A stretch of DNA of 64,000 bases, from positions 259-64,258 of the forward strand of contig JAFUAF010000020.1 of assembly GCA_017460805.1 (NCBI GenBank), in the 5' to 3' direction. Both the position numbers and the translations under genes were made by a program. The stretch's first letter is position 1; the number at the start of each line of letters is the position of its first letter. This document shows positions 20,152-29,668 of the stretch, piece by piece. The notes beneath the pieces were generated by a model that searched no databases, was not told the DNA's origin, and saw only the letters and a list, made by a program, of their open reading frames with translations. This DNA is from Bacillota bacterium (GTDB lineage: Bacteria > Bacillota > Clostridia > Lachnospirales > CAG-274).

Positions 20152-21336
20152 TTATTTGAATTTTTCCGCAAGAGCCTTGAACGAGGGCAGGCTGTTGAGT
20201 ACTGTCTGCTTGTCAACACAGTATGCCATGCGGAAGTGACCCGGGCAGCCGAAAGTCGAGCCGGGTACAAGTATCAGTCTGAATTCCTTTGCGGCTGCAC
20301 AGAATGCCTTGTCATCGGGAATAAGCGACTTGGGGAACATATAGAATGTGCCCTTCGGCTCTACACAGTCGAAACCGTACTCGGTCAGCGCCTTGTAAAG
20401 AATGTTTTTGTTTTCCTCGTAAACGCTGATGTCGCTTGTCATGCCTATTACCCTTGCAATAACTCTCTGCATCAAAGAGGGCGCATTGACAAAGCCCATA
20501 ATTCTGTTTGCCACGCTTACAGCGCCGACAACAGCATCAAAATCCTCCATTTCGGATGGTATAACAAGATAGCCTATACGTTCGCCGGGGAGTGAAAGGC
20601 TCTTTGAAAAGCTGTAGCCGACAAAGGTGTTTTTATAGTATTTTGTAAGATAAGGCACTTTTATGCCGTCAAAAACCAGTTCGCGGTAAGGTTCGTCCGC
20701 AATAAGGAAGATAACGCTGCCGAATTCTTTCTGCTTCTTTTCAAGTATAGAAGCAAGGCGTTTGATATCGTCCTCGGTATAGACTGCGCCCGTGGGGTTG
20801 TTGGGGCTGTTTATGATAAGTGCGCGTGTTTTTGCGCTTATCTTCTGTTCAAGTTCGTCAAAATTGATCGAAAATCTCTCGGTGTCGGGGCTTATCACTA
20901 CCTCAACGCCGTCAACATTGCTGATATAGTTGTCGTACTCGCCAAAATAAGGCGCTATGACAACAACTTCCTCGCCGGGATTTACAACGGCTTTGAGCGC
21001 TATATTCAATCCGCCTGCCGCACCGACCGTCATTACTATATTTTTCTCCGAAAAGTTTGTGCCGTGCTGTTTGTTGGTGTATTCCGCAACGGTCTTTCTT
21101 ACATCATCATAGCCTGCGTTGCTCATATAGCCGTGTACAAACATCTCCGGCTCTTCGTTAAGAACGTCAAAAATCGCTTGTTTTACTTCCTTTGGTGGTA
21201 CTATGGACGGATTGCCCAAGGAAAAGTCGTATACGTTTTCCTTGCCGTATTTAGCCGCCATTATCTTGCCCTCTTCAAACATTGCGCGGATAGCCGAACT
21301 GTTTTTTACCAGTCCGCTCATTTTATCAGATATCAT
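20152..21336 (-). CDS. pyridoxal-phosphate-dependent aminotransferase (class I/II)
   Basis: PLP-lysine region SFSKSLSLPGERIGY. AGGGAGG lies 8 nt before ATG 21336 (MISDKMSG..); the ORF-track start 21372 is rejected. Confidence 0.85.
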   Translation of the reverse strand: MISDKMSGLVKNSSAIRAMFEEGKIMAAKYGKENVYDFSLGNPSIVPPKEVKQAIFDVLNEEPEMFVHGYMSNAGYDDVRKTVAEYTNKQHGTNFSEKNIVMTVGAAGGLNIALKAVVNPGEEVVVIAPYFGEYDNYISNVDGVEVVISPDTERFSINFDELEQKISAKTRALIINSPNNPTGAVYTEDDIKRLASILEKKQKEFGSVIFLIADEPYRELVFDGIKVPYLTKYYKNTFVGYSFSKSLSLPGERIGYLVIPSEMEDFDAVVGAVSVANRIMGFVNAPSLMQRVIARVIGMTSDISVYEENKNILYKALTEYGFDCVEPKGTFYMFPKSLIPDDKAFCAAAKEFRLILVPGSTFGCPGHFRMAYCVDKQTVLNSLPSFKALAEKFK

Positions 21337-21621
21337 CGGTATCTGCCTCCCTTTTAATACATTTTCGCTCATATCGAAATCTGATTTCGTTATAATTGAA
21401 ATACCTTTTTACTATGATACTACAAAAAACACAGGATTTCAAGTGGAAATTGGTTTAAAAATGGACGAAAATTCAATTTAAAGGATAAAACAGCGGCATC
21501 GTCGGGGCAGATGCGGCAAAGTTCGTTAAGCATTGAGACCCGTATGCACAAGGAATTTTTTGTTGCACCTCTGCTTTTTATATGGTAAAATAATAATAAC
21601 TACGGACAGGAGAGGGTAATT

Positions 21622-22134
21622 ATGTTTGAATTTCTTTATCCGCGGGAATACCTGCCATCGGTATTTCATATAACGCCGCAAAAACTGCGGGCGCTGGGTA
21701 TAAATACACTTATATTCGATATAGATAACACATTGGTGCCGTACTGGATAAAAGTGCCGACACCAGAACTTGAAGAATATTTTACAACGCTGCGCGAAAA
21801 CGGAATAGCCGTATCGGTGCTTTCAAACAGCAGGGAAGAAAGAAGCAAGGTATTCTGTGCAAAAATGCAGATACCTTATGTTTACCGTGCAGGCAAACCG
21901 GGTGTAAAGGGGATGGAGAGGCTTCTTGAAAAACTTGGAAAAAAACCGTCGGAATGTGCCATAGCGGGCGACCAGATCTTTACGGATGTATGGGTCGGCA
22001 ACAGGAGCGGGGTGTATTCGTTTCTGATAAAACAGGTCTCTCCGAAAGACGAACTTATAACCGCACCGAAGCGACCGTTGGAACGGCTGATAGTGCGGCA
22101 TTACTGCAAAAAATTCAACAAAGAGGTGCTTTAA
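21622..22134 (+). CDS. YqeG-family HAD-IIIA phosphatase
   Basis: 170 aa with HAD motif I LIFDIDNTL. Family size and position upstream of aroE match Bacillus yqeG. Confidence 0.8.
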   Translation: MFEFLYPREYLPSVFHITPQKLRALGINTLIFDIDNTLVPYWIKVPTPELEEYFTTLRENGIAVSVLSNSREERSKVFCAKMQIPYVYRAGKPGVKGMERLLEKLGKKPSECAIAGDQIFTDVWVGNRSGVYSFLIKQVSPKDELITAPKRPLERLIVRHYCKKFNKEVL

Positions 22135-22995
22135 ATGGATATTTCGGCAAAGACAAAAGTATTTGCGGTCCTCGGTGACCCTATAGGCCACAGCTTGAGT
22201 CCGATGATACAAAATTATATAGCAGAACTGCGAAACTGTGATATGTCCTATCACGCTTTTCACGTAACTCCGGATAACCTTGAAACCGCTGTAAAAGGCG
22301 GGCTTGCACTTGGTATAAGCGGATTTAATATTACCGTGCCGCATAAAAAAACGGTAATGAGGTATCTCTGCGGGCTTGATAAGACGGCGGAACTGATAGG
22401 CGCGGTCAACACCCTAAAATTGACCGAAAACGGCTATGTAGGCTATAATACGGATATCATAGGTGCATATTATGCCCTTAAAATAAACGGCATCGAAGTC
22501 AAAGATAAAAATGTGCTTGTTTTGGGCGCAGGCGGTGCGGGAAATGCGTGTGCGGCAATGGCTTTTACGCGCGGCGCAAAAAACGTGTATATTGCAAACC
22601 GTACAATTTCGAATGCAAAGGTGCTTTCGGAGCGTTTCGGCGGGAATGTTTCGGCTTTGGGCACTGAAGATATATATTCGCTTGAAAATGTGGATATAGT
22701 GATAAATACCACAACTTTAGGCTTTGGCGATAAGGCGGATATGACTCCCGTAAAAGACCCCGAATGGTATAAAGAAGCGGGGGTTTCGGCTGTTTTTGAT
22801 GCGGTGTATTCCCCTTGGGAAACAAGGTTTCTGCGTGAGGCAAAGGAGCGGGGCGTAAAGGCGATAAACGGCTTTCCGATGCTTGTTTACCAGGCTGCGG
22901 CGGCACAGGAGATATGGTTTGATACAAAGTTTTCGGACGAATTTAAGTTACAGCTTTGTGATGAACTGACAAAAAGGTATTTGGGAGAGAAGTAA
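22135..22995 (+). CDS. aroE: shikimate dehydrogenase
   Basis: 286 aa with GDPIGHSLSPMIQN and NADP-binding loop GAGGAG. The start abuts the yqeG stop. Confidence 0.9.
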   Translation: MDISAKTKVFAVLGDPIGHSLSPMIQNYIAELRNCDMSYHAFHVTPDNLETAVKGGLALGISGFNITVPHKKTVMRYLCGLDKTAELIGAVNTLKLTENGYVGYNTDIIGAYYALKINGIEVKDKNVLVLGAGGAGNACAAMAFTRGAKNVYIANRTISNAKVLSERFGGNVSALGTEDIYSLENVDIVINTTTLGFGDKADMTPVKDPEWYKEAGVSAVFDAVYSPWETRFLREAKERGVKAINGFPMLVYQAAAAQEIWFDTKFSDEFKLQLCDELTKRYLGEK

Positions 22996-22999
22996 TAAA

Positions 23000-23518
23000 A
23001 TGAAGAAAAATATAGTGCTTGTGGGCTTTATGGGCAGCGGAAAGACAAGTGTCGGCAAACGCTTGTCGATGGCTCTTAAAGCCGAGTTTATAGATATGGA
23101 CGATTTTATTGAAAAGCGTGAAAAAATGACGGTCACGCAGATATTTGCCGAAAAGGGCGAACCGTATTTCAGAGGGCTTGAAAAAGAACTTTGCGTGCGC
23201 TTTGCAACGGGCGGCGGCAAGGTCATAGCAACGGGCGGCGGTGTTGTAAAGGACAGCGTCAATGTAAAAAATCTGAAAGAGGGCGGTGTTATCTTTTATC
23301 TTAAAAGCTCGCCCGAAAAGATAGCCGAAAATTTAAAGGACGACCACTCGCGTCCCCTGCTCGAAACGGGGGATAAGGCGGATAAAATTCGTGAAATGAT
23401 GCGGGAAAGAGAGCATTTTTACACGCGCTGCTGTGATGTGACGATAGATGCGGCAAACAAAGACCCCGACAGTATGGCGGCGGAGATACTTTCATATATA
23501 AAGGAGACGGAAAAATGA
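23000..23518 (+). CDS. aroK: shikimate kinase
   Basis: 172 aa with P-loop GFMGSGKTS. Confidence 0.9.
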   Translation: MKKNIVLVGFMGSGKTSVGKRLSMALKAEFIDMDDFIEKREKMTVTQIFAEKGEPYFRGLEKELCVRFATGGGKVIATGGGVVKDSVNVKNLKEGGVIFYLKSSPEKIAENLKDDHSRPLLETGDKADKIREMMREREHFYTRCCDVTIDAANKDPDSMAAEILSYIKETEK

Positions 23519-23949
23519 AAATAGCGGTAATAAACGGCGTAAACCTTAATTTTACGGGCATAAGAGAAAAAGGCATATACGGCAGCAAAAACCTTGACGA
23601 GATAAATGCGGATATAAAGGCCTTTGCCGATAAAGAGGGCGTGGAAGTCGTATTCTTTCAGTCCAATATCGAGGGAGAAATAGTGGATTTTATGCAGAAA
23701 TGCTATTATGAAAAGGTGGACGGCATGGTCATAAACCCCGGTGCTTTTACCCACTACAGTTATGCGCTTCGCGATGCAATAGCTTCCGTAAGCATACCGA
23801 CCGTCGAGGTGCATATGTCCAATATCCATAAAAGAGAGGAATTCCGCCATACAAGCGTGACGGTACCCGTTTGTGTGGGGCAGATATGCGGTTTGGGCGA
23901 TTACGGATATAAGCTTGGAATTTTAGCGTTAAAGAATTATTTGTCTTAA
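23515..23949 (+). CDS. aroQ: type II 3-dehydroquinate dehydratase
   Basis: 144 aa with INGVNLN and HMSNIHKREEFRH motifs. ATGA overlap with aroK. Confidence 0.92.
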   Translation: MKIAVINGVNLNFTGIREKGIYGSKNLDEINADIKAFADKEGVEVVFFQSNIEGEIVDFMQKCYYEKVDGMVINPGAFTHYSYALRDAIASVSIPTVEVHMSNIHKREEFRHTSVTVPVCVGQICGLGDYGYKLGILALKNYLS

Positions 23950-24000
23950 AAAAGAAAAAAGTTTTTTTGAATTTTTTTAACTTTTTGTGAACAATTTATC

Positions 24001-24029
24001 TTGAAACATGGATAACACTATGATATAAT
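24001..24029 (+). promoter_or_regulatory. sigma-A promoter with extended -10
   Basis: TTGAAA (24001..24006) - 17 nt - TATAAT (24024..24029), preceded by TGA, so TGnTATAAT. Confidence 0.55.
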
Positions 24030-24068
24030 AATTTAGATATGTGTATTTACAGTGTTAGGAGTTTAAAA

Positions 24069-27056
24069 ATGCTAAAGAAGATCAAGCGAAGAAAAGATTG
24101 GACTATCAAACAATTTATAACATATTTTATGTTGTTTATTCTTATATTTCAGGCGCTTTTGTTTGCGCTTATTATGGCTATAGGCGGCGGACTTAAAAAT
24201 CTGGCCGACAACAGCTATAAACCGTTTGAGGAAACTGTCAGTCTGCGTGTGGTGGACTTTTCGGAAAAGCTTAATTATGCGGCGGACGAGCTTATAAGCG
24301 CAAGTCCTGCCATAAAAGACAATCTGCAAAAGGTCGCAAACAAATACGGTTCTGCTTTGTCGGAACTGAGCGACAATCAGAATGCAAAGGTTGAAATGTA
24401 TCAGAAAAATATGGATATCCTGCGCTCTCTTGCCACAAAGGAGAATATCTCGGGCGCATTTCTGATAATGGATACACGCATGGATAATTTTACTCCTGTC
24501 AGTGCAGTAGTTCTGCGTAAAACGGATATGGGTACGGAAAATGTGAACGCACCCACAACACTTCTTATCGGCGGGGATTATCTGGTAAAAGACGGCGTAA
24601 CACACAAAAGTATATACTGGTCTCAATGTCTTAATATGGACTATCCCGAGGATTATGACTTCTATGCCAAAACTATACAGATAGCCAACGAGAATAAGAC
24701 CATTTCGGGTGAACAGCTCGGCTATTGGTCATATACATACGATATCAATGATGCAAAGCGCAGCATGGTAGCTTATACCCTGCCTATCGTAGACTCCAAA
24801 AATACGGTCGTCGGCGTTATGGGTATAGAGATGGATCTCAATTATCTTCAGTTGCTTTTGCCGTATTATGAATTGAACTCCCAGGGTGCGGGCAACTATG
24901 TTGTATCGCGTATGGCAAGTTATGATGCTTCCGAGGGCAAAAGAATGTTTGTATCGGGCAATACTTTCAATGATATAAACAAGTACAGTGACGAGGTCGT
25001 ATTCAGCGAAAAGGCAAAGACCGACAATATTTTTACACTTGATGCAAAGGGCAAGACATCTTCAAAAGTCTTTGCCACAAAAAATGTGCTTGATGTATAT
25101 TCAAATGCCGCTTACAACTACGAGCCGCTGATGCTTTCGGGTGTGGTTGAAAGCCGCTATCTGCTTGAATATGTGGATAAGATACAGAAGAACATCCTGC
25201 TTGGCTTTGCCATAATGATGATCCTTTCACTTATATTTGTGCTTAACTTTACCGATAAAATGGTAGCGCCTATCAATGCGTTTGTAAATACCATAAAGAA
25301 GATACGTCCCGACAATATCGTTCGTCCCGAACCCACAAGGATACGCGAGATAAACGAGATGGGTACTTCCATAGCGGATGTTACCGAGGAACTGTCAAAC
25401 TTCTCCAAAAAGACTTCGGCCATACTCTCGCTTACGGGCGTTTCCATTGCGGCATTTGAATATGACCCGAATTCAAACCTTGTTTTTGTGACCGAGGATA
25501 TGTTCAAGACGTTCGGTATGTACAAGCAGGACAACGCGCTTTACATGGACAGAAAAATATTTGAGAGCAGAATGGTGCCGATAATCAGGGAAGTGCGCCC
25601 CGATATTGATGTTGTTGCACCTGTCAAGACAAAAAAATCGACTAAATGGCTGCATATCAAGACAGTTAAAGAGGGCGAAAAAATTCTCGGTACAATACGT
25701 GATGTGACCGAGGAAACGCTTGCGGGACAGCAGAAGGATTATGAGCGCGACCATGATGCTCTGACAGGTTTCCTTAACAGACAGCCGTTCCTTGATAAAA
25801 TGCGGAGCCATTTCAGCAGCGGTACCGGTCTTGCACTGCTTGCTGTCTGTAAGATACCCGATCTTTCGTCGATCAACTCTCGTTACGGCTCTATTATGGG
25901 CGATAAGTACATAAAGAGCATTTCGGAAGTCTTCTGGACGCTTGACGAGCCTACAACAAAGATAGCGCGTACCATGGGCGATGAATTTACAATGTATATT
26001 GACGGCATGACAGCTCCGGAAATAACGGAGAAATTCAACAGACTGCTTGATAAACTCAATTCTACAGAGTTCAAAGACGGCGATGTTACCGTGCCGCACA
26101 ATATTTTTGCGGGCGTTGCGTGGTATCCCGCCAATACAAAAAATGCCGATGAACTGGTTGCCTATGCGGAATTTGCGGCACAGTCGGTTGATAAATTCAG
26201 CGGCAGAAACCTTGTACAGGTATTTTCGGAGGATGCGTACAAGACAAATATGGCAAACCACGAAAATCAGGACCGTATCGGCCAGATGCTTGCAAGCGGC
26301 GATATAAAATATGCTTATCAGCCTATCATAGATACTTCAACAGGCGATATTTACGGCTATGAAGCACTTATGAGACCGCAGGCGGAGGGCATAACTCCCG
26401 GTGACGTAATGCGCTATGCATCACGCAACGATGCTTTCTATGCTGTGGAAAGAACTACATGGTTTAACGCTTTGGATGGATTTGCCTCTCAGGTGGATAG
26501 TCTCAGTCCAAGACGTATATTTATTAATTCTATTCCCAATCAGCTGCTTAATGACGAGGATTTAGGTCTTATCGAGACCGAATACGGCGAGTATCTTGAC
26601 AATGTGGTGCTTGAGATACTGGAAAATGAGCAGACCAATGCCGATTTTGTTGAAAAGAAACGTAAACTGAAAGAGGAATGGAAATGCCTGCTTGCACTTG
26701 ATGATTTCGGCAGCGGCTATGCCAATGAAAACTCGCTTCTTACCATCAAGCCCGACCTTATCAAGCTGGATCTTGATTTGGTTGCAAATATCGACGAGGA
26801 TGCCGACAGACAGTCACTTGTCAAGAATATTGTGGGCTATGCGCATAACCGTAATATAAAGGTTCTTGCCGAGGGTATAGAAACAAGAGAACAGATGAAT
26901 ATTCTGCTTAGCCTTCAGGTAGACTTGCTTCAGGGCTTCTATCTCGCTAAGCCGAATGAGACCATTCTTGAAAATCTTGACGAAAAGATCAAAGAGGAGA
27001 TCACTTCTTTCGATCCCAATGATATGTTCAGTGCAAATGTTGCTTTAAGAATGTAA
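24069..27056 (+). CDS. membrane sensor protein with degenerate GGDEF and intact EAL domain (c-di-GMP phosphodiesterase-type)
   Basis: TM - ~330-aa extracytoplasmic domain - TM. The GGDEF-like domain reads RTMGDEF. EAL motifs YEALMRP, DDFGSGYAN and EGIETRE are present. AGGAG lies 7 nt before ATG 24069. Confidence 0.85.
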   Translation: MLKKIKRRKDWTIKQFITYFMLFILIFQALLFALIMAIGGGLKNLADNSYKPFEETVSLRVVDFSEKLNYAADELISASPAIKDNLQKVANKYGSALSELSDNQNAKVEMYQKNMDILRSLATKENISGAFLIMDTRMDNFTPVSAVVLRKTDMGTENVNAPTTLLIGGDYLVKDGVTHKSIYWSQCLNMDYPEDYDFYAKTIQIANENKTISGEQLGYWSYTYDINDAKRSMVAYTLPIVDSKNTVVGVMGIEMDLNYLQLLLPYYELNSQGAGNYVVSRMASYDASEGKRMFVSGNTFNDINKYSDEVVFSEKAKTDNIFTLDAKGKTSSKVFATKNVLDVYSNAAYNYEPLMLSGVVESRYLLEYVDKIQKNILLGFAIMMILSLIFVLNFTDKMVAPINAFVNTIKKIRPDNIVRPEPTRIREINEMGTSIADVTEELSNFSKKTSAILSLTGVSIAAFEYDPNSNLVFVTEDMFKTFGMYKQDNALYMDRKIFESRMVPIIREVRPDIDVVAPVKTKKSTKWLHIKTVKEGEKILGTIRDVTEETLAGQQKDYERDHDALTGFLNRQPFLDKMRSHFSSGTGLALLAVCKIPDLSSINSRYGSIMGDKYIKSISEVFWTLDEPTTKIARTMGDEFTMYIDGMTAPEITEKFNRLLDKLNSTEFKDGDVTVPHNIFAGVAWYPANTKNADELVAYAEFAAQSVDKFSGRNLVQVFSEDAYKTNMANHENQDRIGQMLASGDIKYAYQPIIDTSTGDIYGYEALMRPQAEGITPGDVMRYASRNDAFYAVERTTWFNALDGFASQVDSLSPRRIFINSIPNQLLNDEDLGLIETEYGEYLDNVVLEILENEQTNADFVEKKRKLKEEWKCLLALDDFGSGYANENSLLTIKPDLIKLDLDLVANIDEDADRQSLVKNIVGYAHNRNIKVLAEGIETREQMNILLSLQVDLLQGFYLAKPNETILENLDEKIKEEITSFDPNDMFSANVALRM

Positions 27057-27061
27057 TACAC

Positions 27062-27097
27062 AAAAACGCTGTATCAAGCCGATACAGCGTTTTTTTA
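27062..27097. terminator. bidirectional rho-independent terminator
   Basis: AACGCTGTATC-aagcc-GATACAGCGTT followed by TTTTTT, with an A-run upstream. Confidence 0.8.
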
Positions 27098-27117
27098 TGT
27101 TGGTAAAAAATATTGCC

Positions 27118-27294
27118 TTATCTGAAAGCATTCAGTTCTTCGTTATAGACATAGCCAATTTCTGCAAGTTTTTTTACTATGTACTCCTTATCCTCACCCA
27201 TAGCGGCGCAAAGTTCATCGAGAGTAGGGTAGTTATCACGCAGTTGAGTATTTATATAGCTTAACAGCAGAAAACTGTCCTTTGGTAGACTCAC
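27118..27294 (-). CDS. DUF4250-like small protein (58 aa; absent from ORF track)
   Basis: Manual translation: VSLPKDSFLLLSYINTQLRDNYPTLDELCAAMGEDKEYIVKKLAEIGYVYNEELNAFR*. The GTG start overlaps the TGA of the upstream gene (GTGA). GAGGAGG lies 6 nt upstream. Confidence 0.7.
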   Translation of the reverse strand: MSLPKDSFLLLSYINTQLRDNYPTLDELCAAMGEDKEYIVKKLAEIGYVYNEELNAFR

Positions 27295-29453
27295 AGCAAT
27301 CCCTCCTCTGTAGCGGCGGTATAGAAAGTGCAGTAGGGCACCATTACCTGTGCAAAGCTTTTTGTGCCCGTGCCGCCGCAGATAAGTGCATCCTCAACGG
27401 CTTTTTTGCTCATGCCCGCAAGCACGGATGACGAAGTAGTGTGTATATACTCAAAAGTCGGCAGTCCCGCTTTAAGATATTTTTTATCGCCCGTCAGTTC
27501 ATAAGCATAGGAAAGTGCTTCAAGGATTATGGGATTGTTTCCCAACCGTTTAAGGCTCGGGAGTTCCTTGTAATAGAAAAGCCCGTTGTCAAGTCTTGCA
27601 TTTTCCAGAAGATCGTCTACTGCACGCAGCATCATTGCCTTTGTTTCGGATTTGGGGTCAAGTCTGTAATAGCGCATAAGACTGCACATTGCAATAGAGA
27701 TCATAAATACAACGCGGATAGCCGAGTTATCGGTGTAGGGGGCGAGCCAAAGACCGTATTCGTCCTCCCATTCGTGGAAATGTCCGACTATCCAATCGCA
27801 TTTTTCAAGCCATGATCTGTCGTTTGTTTCCTTGAAAAGCGCACAAAGCGAGCGCAAAGCCCAGCCCGTTTCACGCGCGTTTGCCTGACCGCTTTTTTGG
27901 AACACGGGCTGTTCGAGCAGTCTTTGGATATTATGTCCGATACCGACAGCAGTGTCAAAAAATTCTTTGTCGCCCGTCAGATGGTAACAATCCAGAAGAC
28001 CTTCCACCCATTGGTGTGAGCAGGCTACTTTCTTCGCATCTATATGCCCCGCGCAATGCTCGTACTGGCCGCCCATAATAAGCGGGTCTTTGCTGTAGTG
28101 GCAGACATCCACGTCTATCTGATGTCTTGCGGCAACAAGCACATAGTCCATATACCGCCTTATGCCTGTGCGCGCATACATAAGCATACAAGCGTGCGGG
28201 AAATCGTATTCGTTGTTTGTCCATACAAGTCTGCCGCCGCCTCTGCCCTGTAAGGTGTAGCCTCCGTCGGGACAGTCGCCCCAGTTCAGCATACCATAGC
28301 AGCGGCCGTGTTCATCGGCTTTTTGCGTGATAAAAATTTCGTTTTTCGGGTTCCTGTTTTTGGTGAATACCTTTTCAAATACCTCCGCACGCTCAAATAT
28401 CTCGGGTAAGATAGCGGGTCTTGAGGGCATCTGATACACCGTGCTGCGGTGGTTTATCTCCTGTTTGTCAAGGCTCGGATCATGCAGAAAAAACTGTATT
28501 TTCTGCTGTCTTGCCATGCCCGATTTTAAAACCATGTCGTTTGTCTTGGGTACAAGATAAATTTTAAGTCCGTTTTTTGATGCTTCGACAGCCTTTGGGA
28601 AGTTCTGCTGTGCCTGATATACGGCGGCACATAAGCCAAAATCGCTGTTTACGCAGTCGCCGAAAAATGTGCCGTAGAACACTTCGGGATTATGCTCGTT
28701 TGACTCGTATTGCAGGTACTGTGCATCTATTTCAAGGTAAACGGGTTCGTTATCGCTTTCTTTGTACTTTGTGCTGTAGTTTGAAGCGGCGGTCATAAAT
28801 CTCTCCGCCTGCATATCAGCGGTTACATAAAGTTCTGATATATCTATATTTTCATCGGTGGTGTTTATTATGTTGCAGGCATAGTCAAACCACGACTTGT
28901 CCGCATAGAAAGTAAGTGTAAGTTTAATATCGGTACTTTTTTTGCCGTTAAAAATACTGCCGAACCCCTCAAAAACTGCACAGAGAGGACCGTTTTCCGC
29001 ATTTTTCCATTCCTTTATAAGCAGATCCCACTCGCCGTCTTCGGTTTTTAAAACAGGAGCGGAAATGCTGACTGCCTTGCCTTCATATAAAAATTTGTCA
29101 AAAAGAGTATTTTTTTGCGTGGAAAGAGCGGCATCGAGAACTCCCGTATTTATTTTTATACCGTCCGCAATGCCTTGTACCGGAGACATGGCATTACCGT
29201 CAATGCCGCAGTGATAAAGTGCGGACTTGTTGGCGGGAATATCCGCAAGTGAACGTACAAACGCCCACTTTATACTGCCGTCATCCCAGTATGCCGTTGC
29301 CTTGGACTGTATCGGCATATCCTTGCCGTCCTTATCCAGTATATGTATCCTGCCGATATCTTTAAGTTCGCCTTTTTTTAGCGGGAAAGCAAGGGTATAG
29401 GGCTCTTTGTCAAGCGGTTTGGAATACACCTTTTCAAAATAAACATCAAACAT
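27291..29453 (-). CDS. hypothetical cytoplasmic protein, possibly PcRGLX/YetA-like (beta-rich N-terminal half plus alpha/alpha-toroid-like C-terminal half)
   Basis: 720 aa with no signal peptide. The N-terminal ..AYWDDGSIKWAFV.. and the helix-rich C-terminal half recall YetA/exo-rhamnogalacturonan-lyase-like proteins (from memory, unverified). GGAGGTG lies 6 nt before ATG 29453; the ORF-track start 29564 is rejected. Confidence 0.6.
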   Translation of the reverse strand: MFDVYFEKVYSKPLDKEPYTLAFPLKKGELKDIGRIHILDKDGKDMPIQSKATAYWDDGSIKWAFVRSLADIPANKSALYHCGIDGNAMSPVQGIADGIKINTGVLDAALSTQKNTLFDKFLYEGKAVSISAPVLKTEDGEWDLLIKEWKNAENGPLCAVFEGFGSIFNGKKSTDIKLTLTFYADKSWFDYACNIINTTDENIDISELYVTADMQAERFMTAASNYSTKYKESDNEPVYLEIDAQYLQYESNEHNPEVFYGTFFGDCVNSDFGLCAAVYQAQQNFPKAVEASKNGLKIYLVPKTNDMVLKSGMARQQKIQFFLHDPSLDKQEINHRSTVYQMPSRPAILPEIFERAEVFEKVFTKNRNPKNEIFITQKADEHGRCYGMLNWGDCPDGGYTLQGRGGGRLVWTNNEYDFPHACMLMYARTGIRRYMDYVLVAARHQIDVDVCHYSKDPLIMGGQYEHCAGHIDAKKVACSHQWVEGLLDCYHLTGDKEFFDTAVGIGHNIQRLLEQPVFQKSGQANARETGWALRSLCALFKETNDRSWLEKCDWIVGHFHEWEDEYGLWLAPYTDNSAIRVVFMISIAMCSLMRYYRLDPKSETKAMMLRAVDDLLENARLDNGLFYYKELPSLKRLGNNPIILEALSYAYELTGDKKYLKAGLPTFEYIHTTSSSVLAGMSKKAVEDALICGGTGTKSFAQVMVPYCTFYTAATEEGLL

Positions 29454-29601
29454 AAGTACACCTCCGTAATTAACTCTTTGTTTAACTATATAATACAGCC
29501 AAAAAAAAGATAATTCAATAGATTTTTCAATAAAAATAGAATTACAATACAGATTTTTTGTCATAAGGCCGCCGATATTAAAAAACTTCGATTTTACCGT
29601 A

Positions 29602-29630
29602 TTGACAACTTAAAAACAGTGTGATATTAT
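29602..29630 (+). promoter_or_regulatory. sigma-A promoter candidate for the DUF4418-ABC operon
   Basis: TTGACA (29602..29607) - 17 nt - TATTAT (29625..29630), preceded by TGA (extended -10). Confidence 0.5.
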
Positions 29631-29668
29631 AATGTTTGTTAATATTAACTAACCAAAGGAGAGGAAAA

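Noticed and set aside
25473-26261. 262-aa minus-strand ORF (similar cases at 51153..51863, 12626..13267 and 60854..61387).
   Set aside because: All are antisense shadows of confidently identified genes: the GGDEF/EAL sensor, the DAG kinase-like gene, enolase and the GerM-like gene.
29454-29564. N-terminal extension of the 757-aa ORF (MTKNLYCNSIF...).
   Set aside because: The extension is AT-rich with no RBS, whereas GGAGGTG precedes ATG 29453. The real protein most likely starts MFDVYFEK.
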